64,000 nt of DNA from NCBI GenBank assembly GCA_963844195.1, contig CAWJNC010000004.1, positions 1,289,589 to 1,353,588 on the forward strand. The letters are read 5' to 3'. Positions 36,766 to 45,586 of the stretch are shown one piece after another. Position 1 is the first letter of the stretch. Every line of letters begins with the position of its first letter. This stretch comes from an uncultured Pseudomonadota bacterium. GTDB lineage: Bacteria > Pseudomonadota > Gammaproteobacteria > Burkholderiales > Burkholderiaceae_E. The translations under genes were made by a program, and so were the position numbers. The notes beneath the pieces are model-generated. The model made no database searches. It was not told the DNA's origin and saw only the letters and a list, made by a program, of their open reading frames with translations.

Positions 36766-37535
36766 AGGCAGGCGAATGCAAAAGACGGGATGATGGCCCT
36801 CCCGGTACCGATTTCGACCATCGCAATCTGAGTCCCGATGTGATTGACGGCATTGCGGGCATCGTGAACGTTCGCATCGGCCCGAAGATGCCGCTCGATC
36901 AACTGCTGGACTGGATTGTCCGGTTGCAGCGCAACCAGCATGGCGTCCCGTAGTTCCTCCCAGCGCCGGCGTCCAACGGCCCGGCGCGACTTGCGTCGGG
37001 CGCCAGCGCAAGGAGATACCAGCAGGAGCCTGGAACGTAGCAGCGGCAAACGTTCAATGCCAGCCGCAACCTTCAAGAAGATTCCGAGGCCAATATCAAG
37101 TTCACTCTCACTTTCACTCACCAGTTCCTGGATGCGATCACGCTGCAGTTCCAGGATCCGCACGGTCACTTCCGGGTGCGTGCGCCGGAAACACGCTGCA
37201 CACCGCTGGCAGCAGCTTGCAGGCGACCAGCGGCGTGGCGACCGACCCGGATGGTTTGGCGAGCCTGCAGTGCAATCTGGTCCAGCTCGGAGGAGGCGGC
37301 AGCGAGGTCCTTCACGGTGCGGATCGCAACCGGCAGGAACTTCTGTCCCGCTTCCGTCAAGGACGAGCGTGCGAGTGGTCCGGTCGAAGAGGCGGCAGCC
37401 CAGCTGATCCTCGAGGCCGCGGATGATCGCACTCAATCCGGCCTGGGTCACATTCAGCCGTTCAGCCGCCTTGGTGAAACTGCCCAACTGCGAGGCCTGC
37501 ACGAAGCCCGCCAGCTGCCGAGTCGAGATATTCAT
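36766..37535 (-). pseudogene. LysR-family transcriptional regulator gene, two frameshifts and a 3-prime truncation
   Basis: The stitched reading is as follows.
- MNISTRQLAGFVQASQLGSFTKAAERLNVTQAGLSAIIRGLEDQLGCRLFDRTTRTLVL
- | TEAGQKFLPVAIRTVKDLAAASSELDQIALQARQTIRVG (track 37166..37432 frame)
- | ...FRRTHPEVTVRILELQRDRIQELV...GTGRAIIPSFAFA
It then runs straight into the IS5 fragment at about 36765, lacking the last ~50 codons. Confidence 0.8.
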
Positions 37536-37643
37536 GACGAATTGTTGTGAATTCAGAAGATATTGTCGATTGTCTTATTTTGAACCGGCCGGCAAGATTC
37601 GCCAATCCATCCACGTCCTTGGAGCCGCCTGTCGGGACCAGCA

Positions 37644-38665
37644 ATGAAAAGTCTTGCTACCGGATGTTCGTCACGCCGCCGCTCCCTGATGAGAGCATTG
37701 ATGGGCCTCGGTGCCATCGGGGCTGGGACCTGGCGCTGCTATCCCGGCCGCCGCGCAGTCGGAGCCTTATCCATCCCGTCCCGTCACGCTGGTCGTACCC
37801 TTTCCACCAGGAGGCCCGACCGATGCCAGCGCCCGTATCCTGGCGAAAGGATTGAGTTCTCGCCTCGGGCAGCCGATCGTAGTGGAAAACCGTGCCGGTG
37901 CCGGCGGCACAGTTGCTCCAGCGGGCGTGGCCACTGCCGCGCCAGACGGGTACACGTTGCTCTGGGCGGGAACGAGCAGCCTTGCCATGGGCCCGGCCCT
38001 CTACAAGACACTCGCCTACGATCCCATCAAGTCATTCACGCCCATCAGCCTCATCGTGCGGAGCCCACACCTCTTGGTCGGCCGGGCGGACCTGCCGGCG
38101 ACAGACATCAAGGACTTGGTGGCACGTGCCAAAGCCGCTCCAGGCAAGATGTCCTTCGGCTCGGCCGGCTCAGGCTCGTCGACGCATCTCGCCGCCGAGC
38201 TGTTTCAGTCGACCTACGGGATCAAGCTCCTGCACGTGCCGTATCGGGGAGGCGCGCCTGCTGTAAACGACCTGTTGGGCAAGCAGATCGATATGCTGTT
38301 CGATGCGGTGCCGCCGCTGAAGCCCCATATCGAGGCGGGAACCATGAAAGCCTTTGCCGTAACGGGTAGCACCCGCAGCCCGATGCTGCCTGATGTTCCG
38401 ACGGTGACCGAGGCCCTGGGAGGCGAGTTCAACGCCTACAGCTGGTTCGGTCTTGTCGCCCCTGCGGGAGCGCCGGCCGGCGTCGTGCAAAAGCTTGTCA
38501 CCGAAGTGCGCGCTGCTCTCGCGGACCAGGAAACGAAGGGCCAGTTGACCGCAGCCGGCTTCGAGGTGCTGGGGACCTCGCAGGATGAATATGCCAAGAC
38601 GATCGCCTCCGAACTGGACAGGTGGACCGAGGTGGTGCAAGGCGACGGGCGTCACGGCCAACTAA
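37644..38665 (+). pseudogene. Bug/TctC-family substrate-binding protein gene with frameshifts at both ends
   Basis: The signal-peptide frame (track 37644..) reads MKSLATGCSSRRRSLMRALMGLGAIGAG. The body frame (track 37711..38700) reads AAQSEPYPSRPVTLVVPFPPGGPTDASARIL...ELDRWTEVVQ. The natural end ATGVTAN stop (38663-65) is in a third frame. Confidence 0.75.
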
Positions 38666-38712
38666 GCCGTGACGAGCAAAGCACTTGGAAGCGAGCATGA
38701 GAACGATCAACG

Positions 38713-39951
38713 GTGAGGGGGACTTGCCGATCCTTGATTATCGGGGCCGGAATCGGCGGACTCGCGGCCGCGCTCGCTCTCTTGCGGCGCGGCTTCGACG
38801 TCGCCGTTTTCGAGCAGGCGCCCGAACTACGCGAAGTTGGCGCAGGTGTGCAGATCAGCCCCAATGGTTCTCGCGTTTTGCAGGCGTTGGGGGTACTCGA
38901 TGACGTCCGCGCTTCCGCCTGCGAAACCGAAGGCAAGGAAGTGCGCCTGTGGAATTCCGGCCAGACCTGGAAGCTCTTCGATCTCGGCGCACAAGCGGTC
39001 AAGCGCTATGGATTTCCGTACTTCACAGTGTACCGGGTCGACCTTCATAACGCGCTGATCGAGGCGGTGCGGCGGGAGAAGCCGGATGCAATCAGATTGA
39101 AGCGCCCGCTGTGTCGGCGTTCGCCCAGGATTCGAGGAGCGTCTCGGTGGACTTGCAGGATGGTTCCCGGGCGAACGGCCGAGCACTGATCGGCGCCGAC
39201 GGCATTCACTCGATCGTACGCAGTTCGCTCTTTGGAGCAGACAAGGCCCGCTATGCCGACCTGCTGGCGTGGCGCGGGGTCATTCCGATGGAGAAAATTC
39301 CATCCGCACCTTCGGCGCAACGTCGGCACCAACTGGATCGGCCCTGGGGGACACGTCATCCACTACCCCCTGCGCCGTGGTGAATTGATGAATTTCGTGG
39401 GCTATCTCGAACGGAGCGGATGGATCGAGGAATCATGGACCGTCCAGGGCAGCGCCGAGGAGTGCGCCGCCGACTTTGCCGGCTGGCATGCGGACGTCCA
39501 AGCGCTGATTCGCAGCATCGGCACTCCGTTCAAGTGGGGAATGGTGCGCCGTCCGGCACTGACGACGTGGACGCAGGGTCGCGTAAGCCTGCTCGGCGAT
39601 GCCTGCCACGCGATGTTCCCGTTTCTAGCCCAGGGCGCAGTGATGGCACTGGAGGACGGCCTTGTGCTGGCGCGTTGCGTCGAAGCAGATGAGGGTGACA
39701 TAGCCGCCGGCTTGCACCGCTATGAGTCCTTGCGCATCGACCGTACCCGCCGTGTCGTGGAAGGATCGGCAGACAACATCAAGCGATTCCACAATCCGAT
39801 TCTCGCCGATCCCGTCCAGGCACCGGTGTACATCGAGCGGGAATGGGCGGCGAAGCGCGTCCAGGATCGCTACGACTGGATTTTCGACTACGATGCGGCC
39901 CGCAACGACCTGACATCGAATGCCCCGGAGCAACCGGAGTCCGCGCAATGA
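38713..39951 (+). pseudogene. FAD-dependent aromatic-ring monooxygenase (salicylate/6-hydroxynicotinate hydroxylase family) gene with two frameshifts
   Basis: The stitched reading is as follows.
- LIIGAGIGGLAAALALLRRGFDVAVFEQAPELREVGAGVQISPNGSRVLQALG...RVDLHNALIEAVRREKPDAIRL (frame of 38713)
- | FAQDSRSVSVDLQDGSRANGRALIGADGIHSIVRSSLFGADKARY..LLAWRGVIPMEKIPS (frame of 39111)
- | HLRRNVGTNWIGPGGHVIHYPLRRGELMNFVG...VSLLGDACHAMFPFLAQGAVMALEDG (frame of 39232)
The GxGxxG, DG(x)HS and GDA.H motifs are present. The start is uncertain (GTG 38713 or ATG 38698). Confidence 0.75.
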
Positions 39952-40622
39952 CCGCCAGACGAGGACATCTTCAAGCACCAGCATTTCGGCCAGTCGATGG
40001 GACCGGGATGCTCTCCGGCGTTGCTCATCGTGGATTTCACGGTTGGCTTCAACGACGCCTGACTGCGTTCGGTGGAGGCAACATATCCGCCGCCATCGCC
40101 CGGACGGTACCGCTGCTGGCAGCCTTCCGGGACTGGAACCTCCCGGTGGTCCACACCCGGATTGTCTACGCAGCAGACGGTAGCGACGGCAACGTGCATT
40201 GCCTGAAGGTGCCGCGGTTGCAGACCCTCACCGAGGAGAATCCGCAGAGTCATTTCGTGCCGGACCTGCTCCCCCGGGCGGGCGAGATCATCATTCGCAA
40301 GCGGCTTCCGTCTGCCTTTTTTGGAACCGATCTCTCGGCAATGCTGTTTGGTCGCGGCATCGACACCCTGTTCGTTGCAGGTTGCACCACGAGCGGCTGC
40401 GTCCGCGCCAGTACGTTGGACGCCATGTGCCATGGCTTTCGGCCCATGGTCGTTTCGGACTGCGTAGGCGATCGGTCCGAAGATGCCCACCGGGCCAGCC
40501 TGTTCGACCTTGACAAGAAGTACGCGGACGTGATGTCGCTGGACGCAGCATTTGCCATCCTCGACGGCATCGAACGCGCGCGGGCAAACGGTCCGGAGGT
40601 CGGCAGTGTCCATCAGCGATGA
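39948..40622 (+). pseudogene. isochorismatase-family cysteine hydrolase (maleamate amidohydrolase NicF-like). The ORF is open but its first ~35 codons are out of the conserved frame
   Basis: ATGA overlap with the upstream stop. The open frame reads MTARRGHLQAPAFRPVDGTGMLSGVAHRGFHGWLQRRLTAFGGGNISAAIARTVPLLAAF... The alternative frame over 39955-40060 reads PPDEDIFKHQHFGQSMGPGCSPALLIVDFTVGFNDA, with the catalytic-Asp strand LLIVDF. The downstream frame is good: LPVVHTRIVYAADGSD...IIIRKRLPSAFFGTDLSAMLFGRGIDTLFVAGCTTSGCVRASTLDAM. Confidence 0.55.
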
Positions 40623-41658
40623 CCACCGCATCGCGATGTGGAAGGAGGTGCTTGAGCTTTGCCGGCTGAAGCCTTCGGAGGCAGTGGTACTGCTGACCGG
40701 CGAGTCCAGCCACCCGCTCAACGCCGATGCCGCGATGCGAGCAGCGTTGGCGCTAGGCGCGCCGGCCTTTCGAGTGGACCTGCCTCCCAGGCCACCGCAG
40801 CGACCAGGGGCAGGTGACAGGACGACTTTCCTGGGGGTGACGCCGCTTTCGGGGAACCAGCTTGCCCTGGAGGTACTGAAGCGGGCCGACATGGTCATCG
40901 ACCTGATGGGCTTGCTTCACTCGCCGGAGCAGACCGAGATACTTGCCTCAGGTACCCGCATGCTGATGGTCGTCGAACCGCCCGACGTCCTGGCGCAGAT
41001 GGTCCCCACGCCGGGGGACAAGGCTCGCGTGCTTGCTGCCGACGCCCGATTGCGATCTGCGAGCGAGATGCGGGTCACCTCTGCGGCGGGCACGAACCTG
41101 CGCCTGGGCCTGGGACGTTTTGGCACGCTCCCCGAGTACGGTTTCGCAGACGAACCTGGTCACTGGGACCATTGGCCGAGCGGCTTCATATCCACCTGGC
41201 CTAACGAAGGCTCGGCGCAGGGACAACTTGTCGTGGACGTGGGCGACATGCTCTTTCCATTCAAGCGGTACGTGGAATCGGCGCCCATCGAGATGGAAGT
41301 GCACGACGGATACATCACGTCGATCAAGGGGGGATTCGAAGCGACTTATCTGCGGCGCCACATCGATTCATACCGCGACCCGGACGCGTATGCGGTTGCC
41401 CATGTTGGATGGGGCCTCCAGCGAAAGGCCAGGTGGCAGAGCCTGGGGATGCGCGACAAGGCGCAATCCCTCGGCATGGACGCCCGCGCGTTCTACGGGA
41501 ACTTCCTATTCTCCACTGGGCCAAACGCCGAAGCAGGAGGCAGGAACAACTCACCGTGCCATGTAGACATTCCGATGTGCAATTGCTCGATTCATCTGGA
41601 CGGCGAACCCGTGGTGCTGGAAGGAGACGTGGTAGCCCAGGACCAGCGTGCGAACTGA
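40606..41658 (+). CDS. nicX: 2,5-dihydroxypyridine 5,6-dioxygenase (NicX family)
   Basis: Track ORF 40552..41658 starts at a TTG. GTG 40606 has GGAGG 7 nt upstream. The gene is intact. The conserved blocks I recall from Pseudomonas putida NicX are all present: LLHSPEQTEIL, VEPPDVLAQMVPT..DK.RVLAA, YGFADEPGHWDHWPSGFISTWPNEGSAQG, GGFEATYLR, MDARAFYGNFLFSTGPNAEAGG, PCHVDIP, VVLEGDVVA. Confidence 0.8.
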   Translation: MSISDDHRIAMWKEVLELCRLKPSEAVVLLTGESSHPLNADAAMRAALALGAPAFRVDLPPRPPQRPGAGDRTTFLGVTPLSGNQLALEVLKRADMVIDLMGLLHSPEQTEILASGTRMLMVVEPPDVLAQMVPTPGDKARVLAADARLRSASEMRVTSAAGTNLRLGLGRFGTLPEYGFADEPGHWDHWPSGFISTWPNEGSAQGQLVVDVGDMLFPFKRYVESAPIEMEVHDGYITSIKGGFEATYLRRHIDSYRDPDAYAVAHVGWGLQRKARWQSLGMRDKAQSLGMDARAFYGNFLFSTGPNAEAGGRNNSPCHVDIPMCNCSIHLDGEPVVLEGDVVAQDQRAN

Positions 41659-41694
41659 TCTTGCGACCTCGGACTCAATGGCTCGGCTCGGCTC

Positions 41695-42724
41695 ATGATT
41701 GTTGGCGCGTTGGACTATGAAATCTTTGAAGCAACCGACTTCGGCTTGTCCGGTGGCGCGACACTACCCCACGCGCGCCTTGCTTACGCAACACACGGCC
41801 GGCTTGCGCCCTCACGTGACAACGCGGTCCTGTTCCCTACGTGGTTCGGCGCTGATCACAGGAGCAACGCGTGGTTGATTGGACGGCGGCAAAGCGCTGG
41901 ACCCGGATCGATTCTTCATTGTCTGCGCCAACCTGTTGGGCAATGGGCTATCGAGCTCGCCCAGCAATACACCTGCACCTTTCGATGGGCCTCGGTTTCC
42001 GCGTGTGTCCGTCCTCGACAATGCACACTTGCAGCGGCGCCTTCTGAGGGAGCGCTTCGGCATCGAAAGGTTGCGACTGGTCATAGGCCGCTCTATGGGC
42101 GCGCAAACCGCCTTCCAGTGGGGGGCCTCGTTCTCCGGGGACGCCGGACGCATCTTCGCCCTCTGCGGATCAGCGTTCACCACGCCGCACAACTATGTAT
42201 TTCTCGACAGCATCAAGGCGGCCCTCCAGGCCGATAGCACCTGGAATGGCGGCAACTACTGTCAGCAGCCGAGGAAAGGTCTTGAGGCAGTAGGGCGTGC
42301 TTATGCCGCCTGGGCGATGTCGCCGCAGTTCTACCGCCAGGGCTTGCACCTACAGGACGGTGCGGCCTCGGTCGCTGATTACGTGACGCGACGCTGGGCG
42401 CCGAACTTCCTCGCACGCGACGCGAACGACCTCTTGTGCATGATCGATACCTGGCAGACCGCCGACGTTGCTACGGATCCTTCTTTCGGCGGTAGCAGGT
42501 CACGGGCACTTGCGACAATCGATGTGCCGGCCCTGGTCATGCCATCTAGAACCGACATGTACTTCCCGCCGGAGGACAGTGCCGAGGCAGTGGCGGGAAT
42601 GCCCCGAGCCGAACTAAGGGTTATTGACTCTGTCTGGGGGCACCGGGCGGGCTCGCCCGCCTCGGATGTGCGCGACATCGCCTTCGTGAATCGTGCGATC
42701 GAGGATCTGCTGGGACGAAGTTAG
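41695..42724 (+). pseudogene. alpha/beta hydrolase (homoserine O-acetyltransferase-like fold) gene with one frameshift
   Basis: The N-terminal frame (track 41695..) reads MIVGALDYEIFEATDFGLSGGATLPHARLAYATHGRLAPSRDNAVLFPTWFGADHRSNAWLIG. The body frame (track 41879..42724) reads GKALDPDRFFIVCANLLGNGLSSSPSN...LVIGRSMGAQTAFQWG...VPALVMPSRTDMYFPPEDS...VWGHRAG. The nucleophile elbow is GRSMG. The junction is near 41875. Confidence 0.75.
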
Positions 42725-42840
42725 GCCGGAGTCGGTGCTGCGACCATAACGTTCCTAGGCTTTGCAGGCGGGGGGTTGACTCCGTCGCTTTCGGCCGGAG
42801 GCAGACGTGCATTGTGGTGCATCTTCGTGACCCATGGAGT

Positions 42841-42896
42841 CCGGATCGGGTCTCATAATCCGTTGGTGCCGAGTTCGACTCTCGGGGGGCCCACCA
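42841..42896 (+). pseudogene. 3-prime fragment of a tRNA gene (tRNA-Ile2/Met CAU-like); not a functional tRNA
   Basis: The T arm is ccgag-ttcgact-ctcgg (42869-42885). The acceptor 3-prime strand is ggggccc, followed by discriminator a and an encoded cca ending at 42896. Upstream there is a ctcataa loop (anticodon CAT). It closely resembles the 3-prime half of E. coli ileX as I remember it (...CUCAUAAUCGCUUGGUCGCUGGUUCAAGUCCAGCAGGGGCCACCA). There is no gggcccc 5-prime acceptor strand or D arm within 100 nt upstream, and the anticodon stem pairs poorly. Confidence 0.45.
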
Positions 42897-42937
42897 CAGG
42901 AATCAACACCTTAGGCCAAGCAGAGGGGGCACTTGAT

Positions 42938-43357
42938 CTATACGGATGATCTGGCCTGCCCTGTTGCCAATATGTTGCCAATTGCTTGGCGAGCAGTGTA
43001 GCGGATCGGCCGGGCGCGGCCCTGGTCCACTTCATAAACGTTCACGCGCGGCGTGAACAGGAAACCGCGGTGGAAGAACTGGACCTGGAATGGGAGGTCG
43101 GTCGCGCCCCAGAGCGCCTGCTCCGGGCGAAAGCGAACAGTACGGTAGACGTCGTAGCTGAGGTCTTTCAACTCCGGCGGCAACGGATCATTCGGGGCCG
43201 AGTGCGGGGTCTGCGCCAGTTCGCGGGCCAGTTGGCGGATCATGGATCCGTCGAACGCGGCACCCTCGTCTGCGTCCCACGGAACCTAAGCGGCCGCCCC
43301 GAGGCCGGCCGTGGCCACGAGGCCGAAGCCGCCGATGATGAAATCCCGCCGGTGCAT
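42938..43357 (-). pseudogene. periplasmic glucan biosynthesis protein (OpgD/OpgG, MdoG family) gene remnant: in-frame TAG plus loss of about three quarters of the gene
   Basis: ATG 43357 starts the Tat-type signal MHRRDFIIGGFGLVATAGLGAAA, followed by TAG (43288-86). The same frame continues VPWDADEGAAFDGSMIRQLARELAQTPHSAPNDPLPPELKDLSYDVYRTVRFRPEQALWGATDLPFQVQFFHRGFLFTPRVNVYEVDQGRARPI. These are typical MdoG N-terminal blocks (YD.YR.IRF, FFH.G). The reading ends at 42938, whereas family members are about 500 aa. Confidence 0.7.
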
Positions 43358-43901
43358 CCGTCGCTCCTAAGAGCGGCTGTCACCAGTTCCGTTGCCCGCG
43401 TGCGGCGGGGCGGTTGCGCATCTGCTTCTGAATCCACCGGAATGCGAAGCCACCAACGGTGACAAGAATCCACTTCCTCATTTGCACATCCTCGATCAGG
43501 TTGAGGCAAACGCCCCGCAAAAGCCATACCTAGCCACTGACGCCCACTGGCTGGCCAGCGCCAGCCCCCGCCTGGGCCAGATTCTGCGGTTCATGCCGAT
43601 CTGCCGGCCGCGCGTCTCATCCCGGCCTCCGAGTGGCCGGCCGTTTTCGGGGTGGGTCCTGCGCAACCTGCGCCCCGGGGCACGGCCGCCTGGGGAAAAC
43701 CCAGCCGCCGCCCATGCCAGGACCATCCCCTACCGCCTACGGGGACACCTGTGCACCCTCCAGGAGGTCGCGGCAAGGCGGCGTCGGTGAAATGTACAGG
43801 CACGATGATCGCTTCGGCCTGCGCTCTCCTTATCGATTCACCTGGAAGAACTGCCCTGCCGCTGTGGGGCGCCCGGCGCCTGATCGGGTCCGGAGAGCCG
43901 C

Positions 43902-45269
43902 ATGGATGCCGACGACGTTTTCGTGATTGCCTGCGCAGTGGTCGGCCTGCTGCTCATCGGCATGACGATCGCGCAATCGTTCATCGCGCGCCTGCCTCTG
44001 AGCGCCGCCATGCTGTACCTGGCGGTTGGCGTGGGGCTCGGGCCTTGGGGTCTGGGTCTGCTTTGGCTGGAGCCTATCCTGCAGTCGAATCTGCTGGAGC
44101 GGCTAGCGGAGGTGGCGGTACTGATCTCGCTATTCGTGGCTGGCTTGAAGCTAGCAATCCCTCTGCGAGACAGGCGCTGGCGGATACCGATTCAGCTCGC
44201 ATCAGTCACCATGATCGTTACCGTGGCCGGCGTCGCAGCCGCGGGTGTCTACGGCATGGGCATGTCACTCGGAGCAGCAGTTTTGCTCGGCGCGATCATC
44301 GCACCAACGGACCCGGTGTTGGCCTCTGAGGTACAACTCTCCGATGCAGAGGACCGGGACCGCCTTCGCTTCGGCCTGACAGGTGAGGGTGGGCTGAATG
44401 ACGGTACCGCCTTCCCGTTCGTGATGCTGGGGCTTGGGCTGCTCTCGTTGCATGACTTGGGCGACGGTGGCTGGCGCTGGTGGGCAATCGACGTGGTCTG
44501 GGCGGTGACGGGAGGCTTGGGCATCGGCTATCTCCTGGGCGCGTTGGTCGGTCGGGTTGTTATCACTCTTCGGACACGGCACCGGGAGGCGCTGGGTTCC
44601 GACGAGTTCATTGCACTGGGCCTGATCGCCTTGGCCTATGGCCTCGCGCTTTTGTGCCATACCTACGGGTTCTTGGCGGTGTTTGCTGCTGGGCTCGCGC
44701 TACGGCGGGTAGGTTCCGCTTCGCTTCCAGTTCCTGAGTCCGATTTCAGCGAAGACACAGATCGCACACCCGCCAAGGAAGCAACACATGCGGTAGGTCC
44801 GGAAGTCGATGCGGTGCGGTCGGCCGTAGAGGAGCCATCTAGCATGATGATGGCGGTTCAGCGATTCAACGCCCAACTCGAGCGCGTCGCTGAAGTCGGC
44901 GTTGTCATCGTGGTGGGTGCGCTTATTGCCAGTGTCGAATTCCGCGCGGAGGTCCTGTGGTTCGTGCCGTTGCTCTTTCTATTGATTCGTCCATCTGCGG
45001 TTCTGATCGGACTCGTAGGGACCCGGGTAAATCAATCCCAGCGGCGGCTGATGGCATGGTTTGGCATCCGCGGCATCGGCTCCGTCTACTACCTCATGTA
45101 CGCGATCAGCCATGGCCTGGACGAGCCTACAGCGGAGCATCTGCTGTCCGTCACCGTCGCCGTAGTGGTGGCGTCGATCCTGGCACACGGGATCTCCGTC
45201 ACGCCACTGATGCACCAGTACGAGAGGCGCAGGGCCCGTCGAAGCCACTCAGGAAGCGGCCGCTCCTGA
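43902..45269 (+). CDS. cation:proton antiporter (Na+/H+ exchanger, CPA1-type)
   Basis: Intact 455-aa ORF with GGAGAG upstream. It is polytopic and hydrophobic throughout, with the family block LGAIIAPTDPVLASEV and GEGGLNDGTAFPFV. Confidence 0.8.
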   Translation: MDADDVFVIACAVVGLLLIGMTIAQSFIARLPLSAAMLYLAVGVGLGPWGLGLLWLEPILQSNLLERLAEVAVLISLFVAGLKLAIPLRDRRWRIPIQLASVTMIVTVAGVAAAGVYGMGMSLGAAVLLGAIIAPTDPVLASEVQLSDAEDRDRLRFGLTGEGGLNDGTAFPFVMLGLGLLSLHDLGDGGWRWWAIDVVWAVTGGLGIGYLLGALVGRVVITLRTRHREALGSDEFIALGLIALAYGLALLCHTYGFLAVFAAGLALRRVGSASLPVPESDFSEDTDRTPAKEATHAVGPEVDAVRSAVEEPSSMMMAVQRFNAQLERVAEVGVVIVVGALIASVEFRAEVLWFVPLLFLLIRPSAVLIGLVGTRVNQSQRRLMAWFGIRGIGSVYYLMYAISHGLDEPTAEHLLSVTVAVVVASILAHGISVTPLMHQYERRRARRSHSGSGRS

Positions 45270-45586
45270 CTTTCCGGAAACGTCAGCTTTGACGTTCCCC
45301 CGGAAATCGCGATCAGTCTAAAGCTGGAGTGCGGTCGCTTCTAAGATGCCTGATGCGGGCAAGGAGGAAGTGAAGAAGTCCAAGATGCATGATGGGGGAC
45401 GGTCTCGGATTTTCACCCTCTGGCGCCAGCGCGGGGAGTTTTCTTGGAGCAACGATGATAAGACGCAGGAGCTTGGGATAATGACACGGTAGGTCATGCG
45501 CAACTTGCTACGTCAAAATGTGTCTCGACTCCATTGCGCATGGAAGGGAAGAGGAAGTAACAATAGAGCTAACAAAGGGGCGAAAC

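Noticed and set aside
42820-42896. A complete tRNA-Met or tRNA-Ile2 gene.
   Set aside because: Only the T arm, the 3-prime acceptor strand and a CAT-containing loop are present. The sequence 65-90 nt upstream cannot pair with ggggccc, there is no D arm (no agctcag-like box), and the anticodon stem is disrupted. I report it as a fragment.
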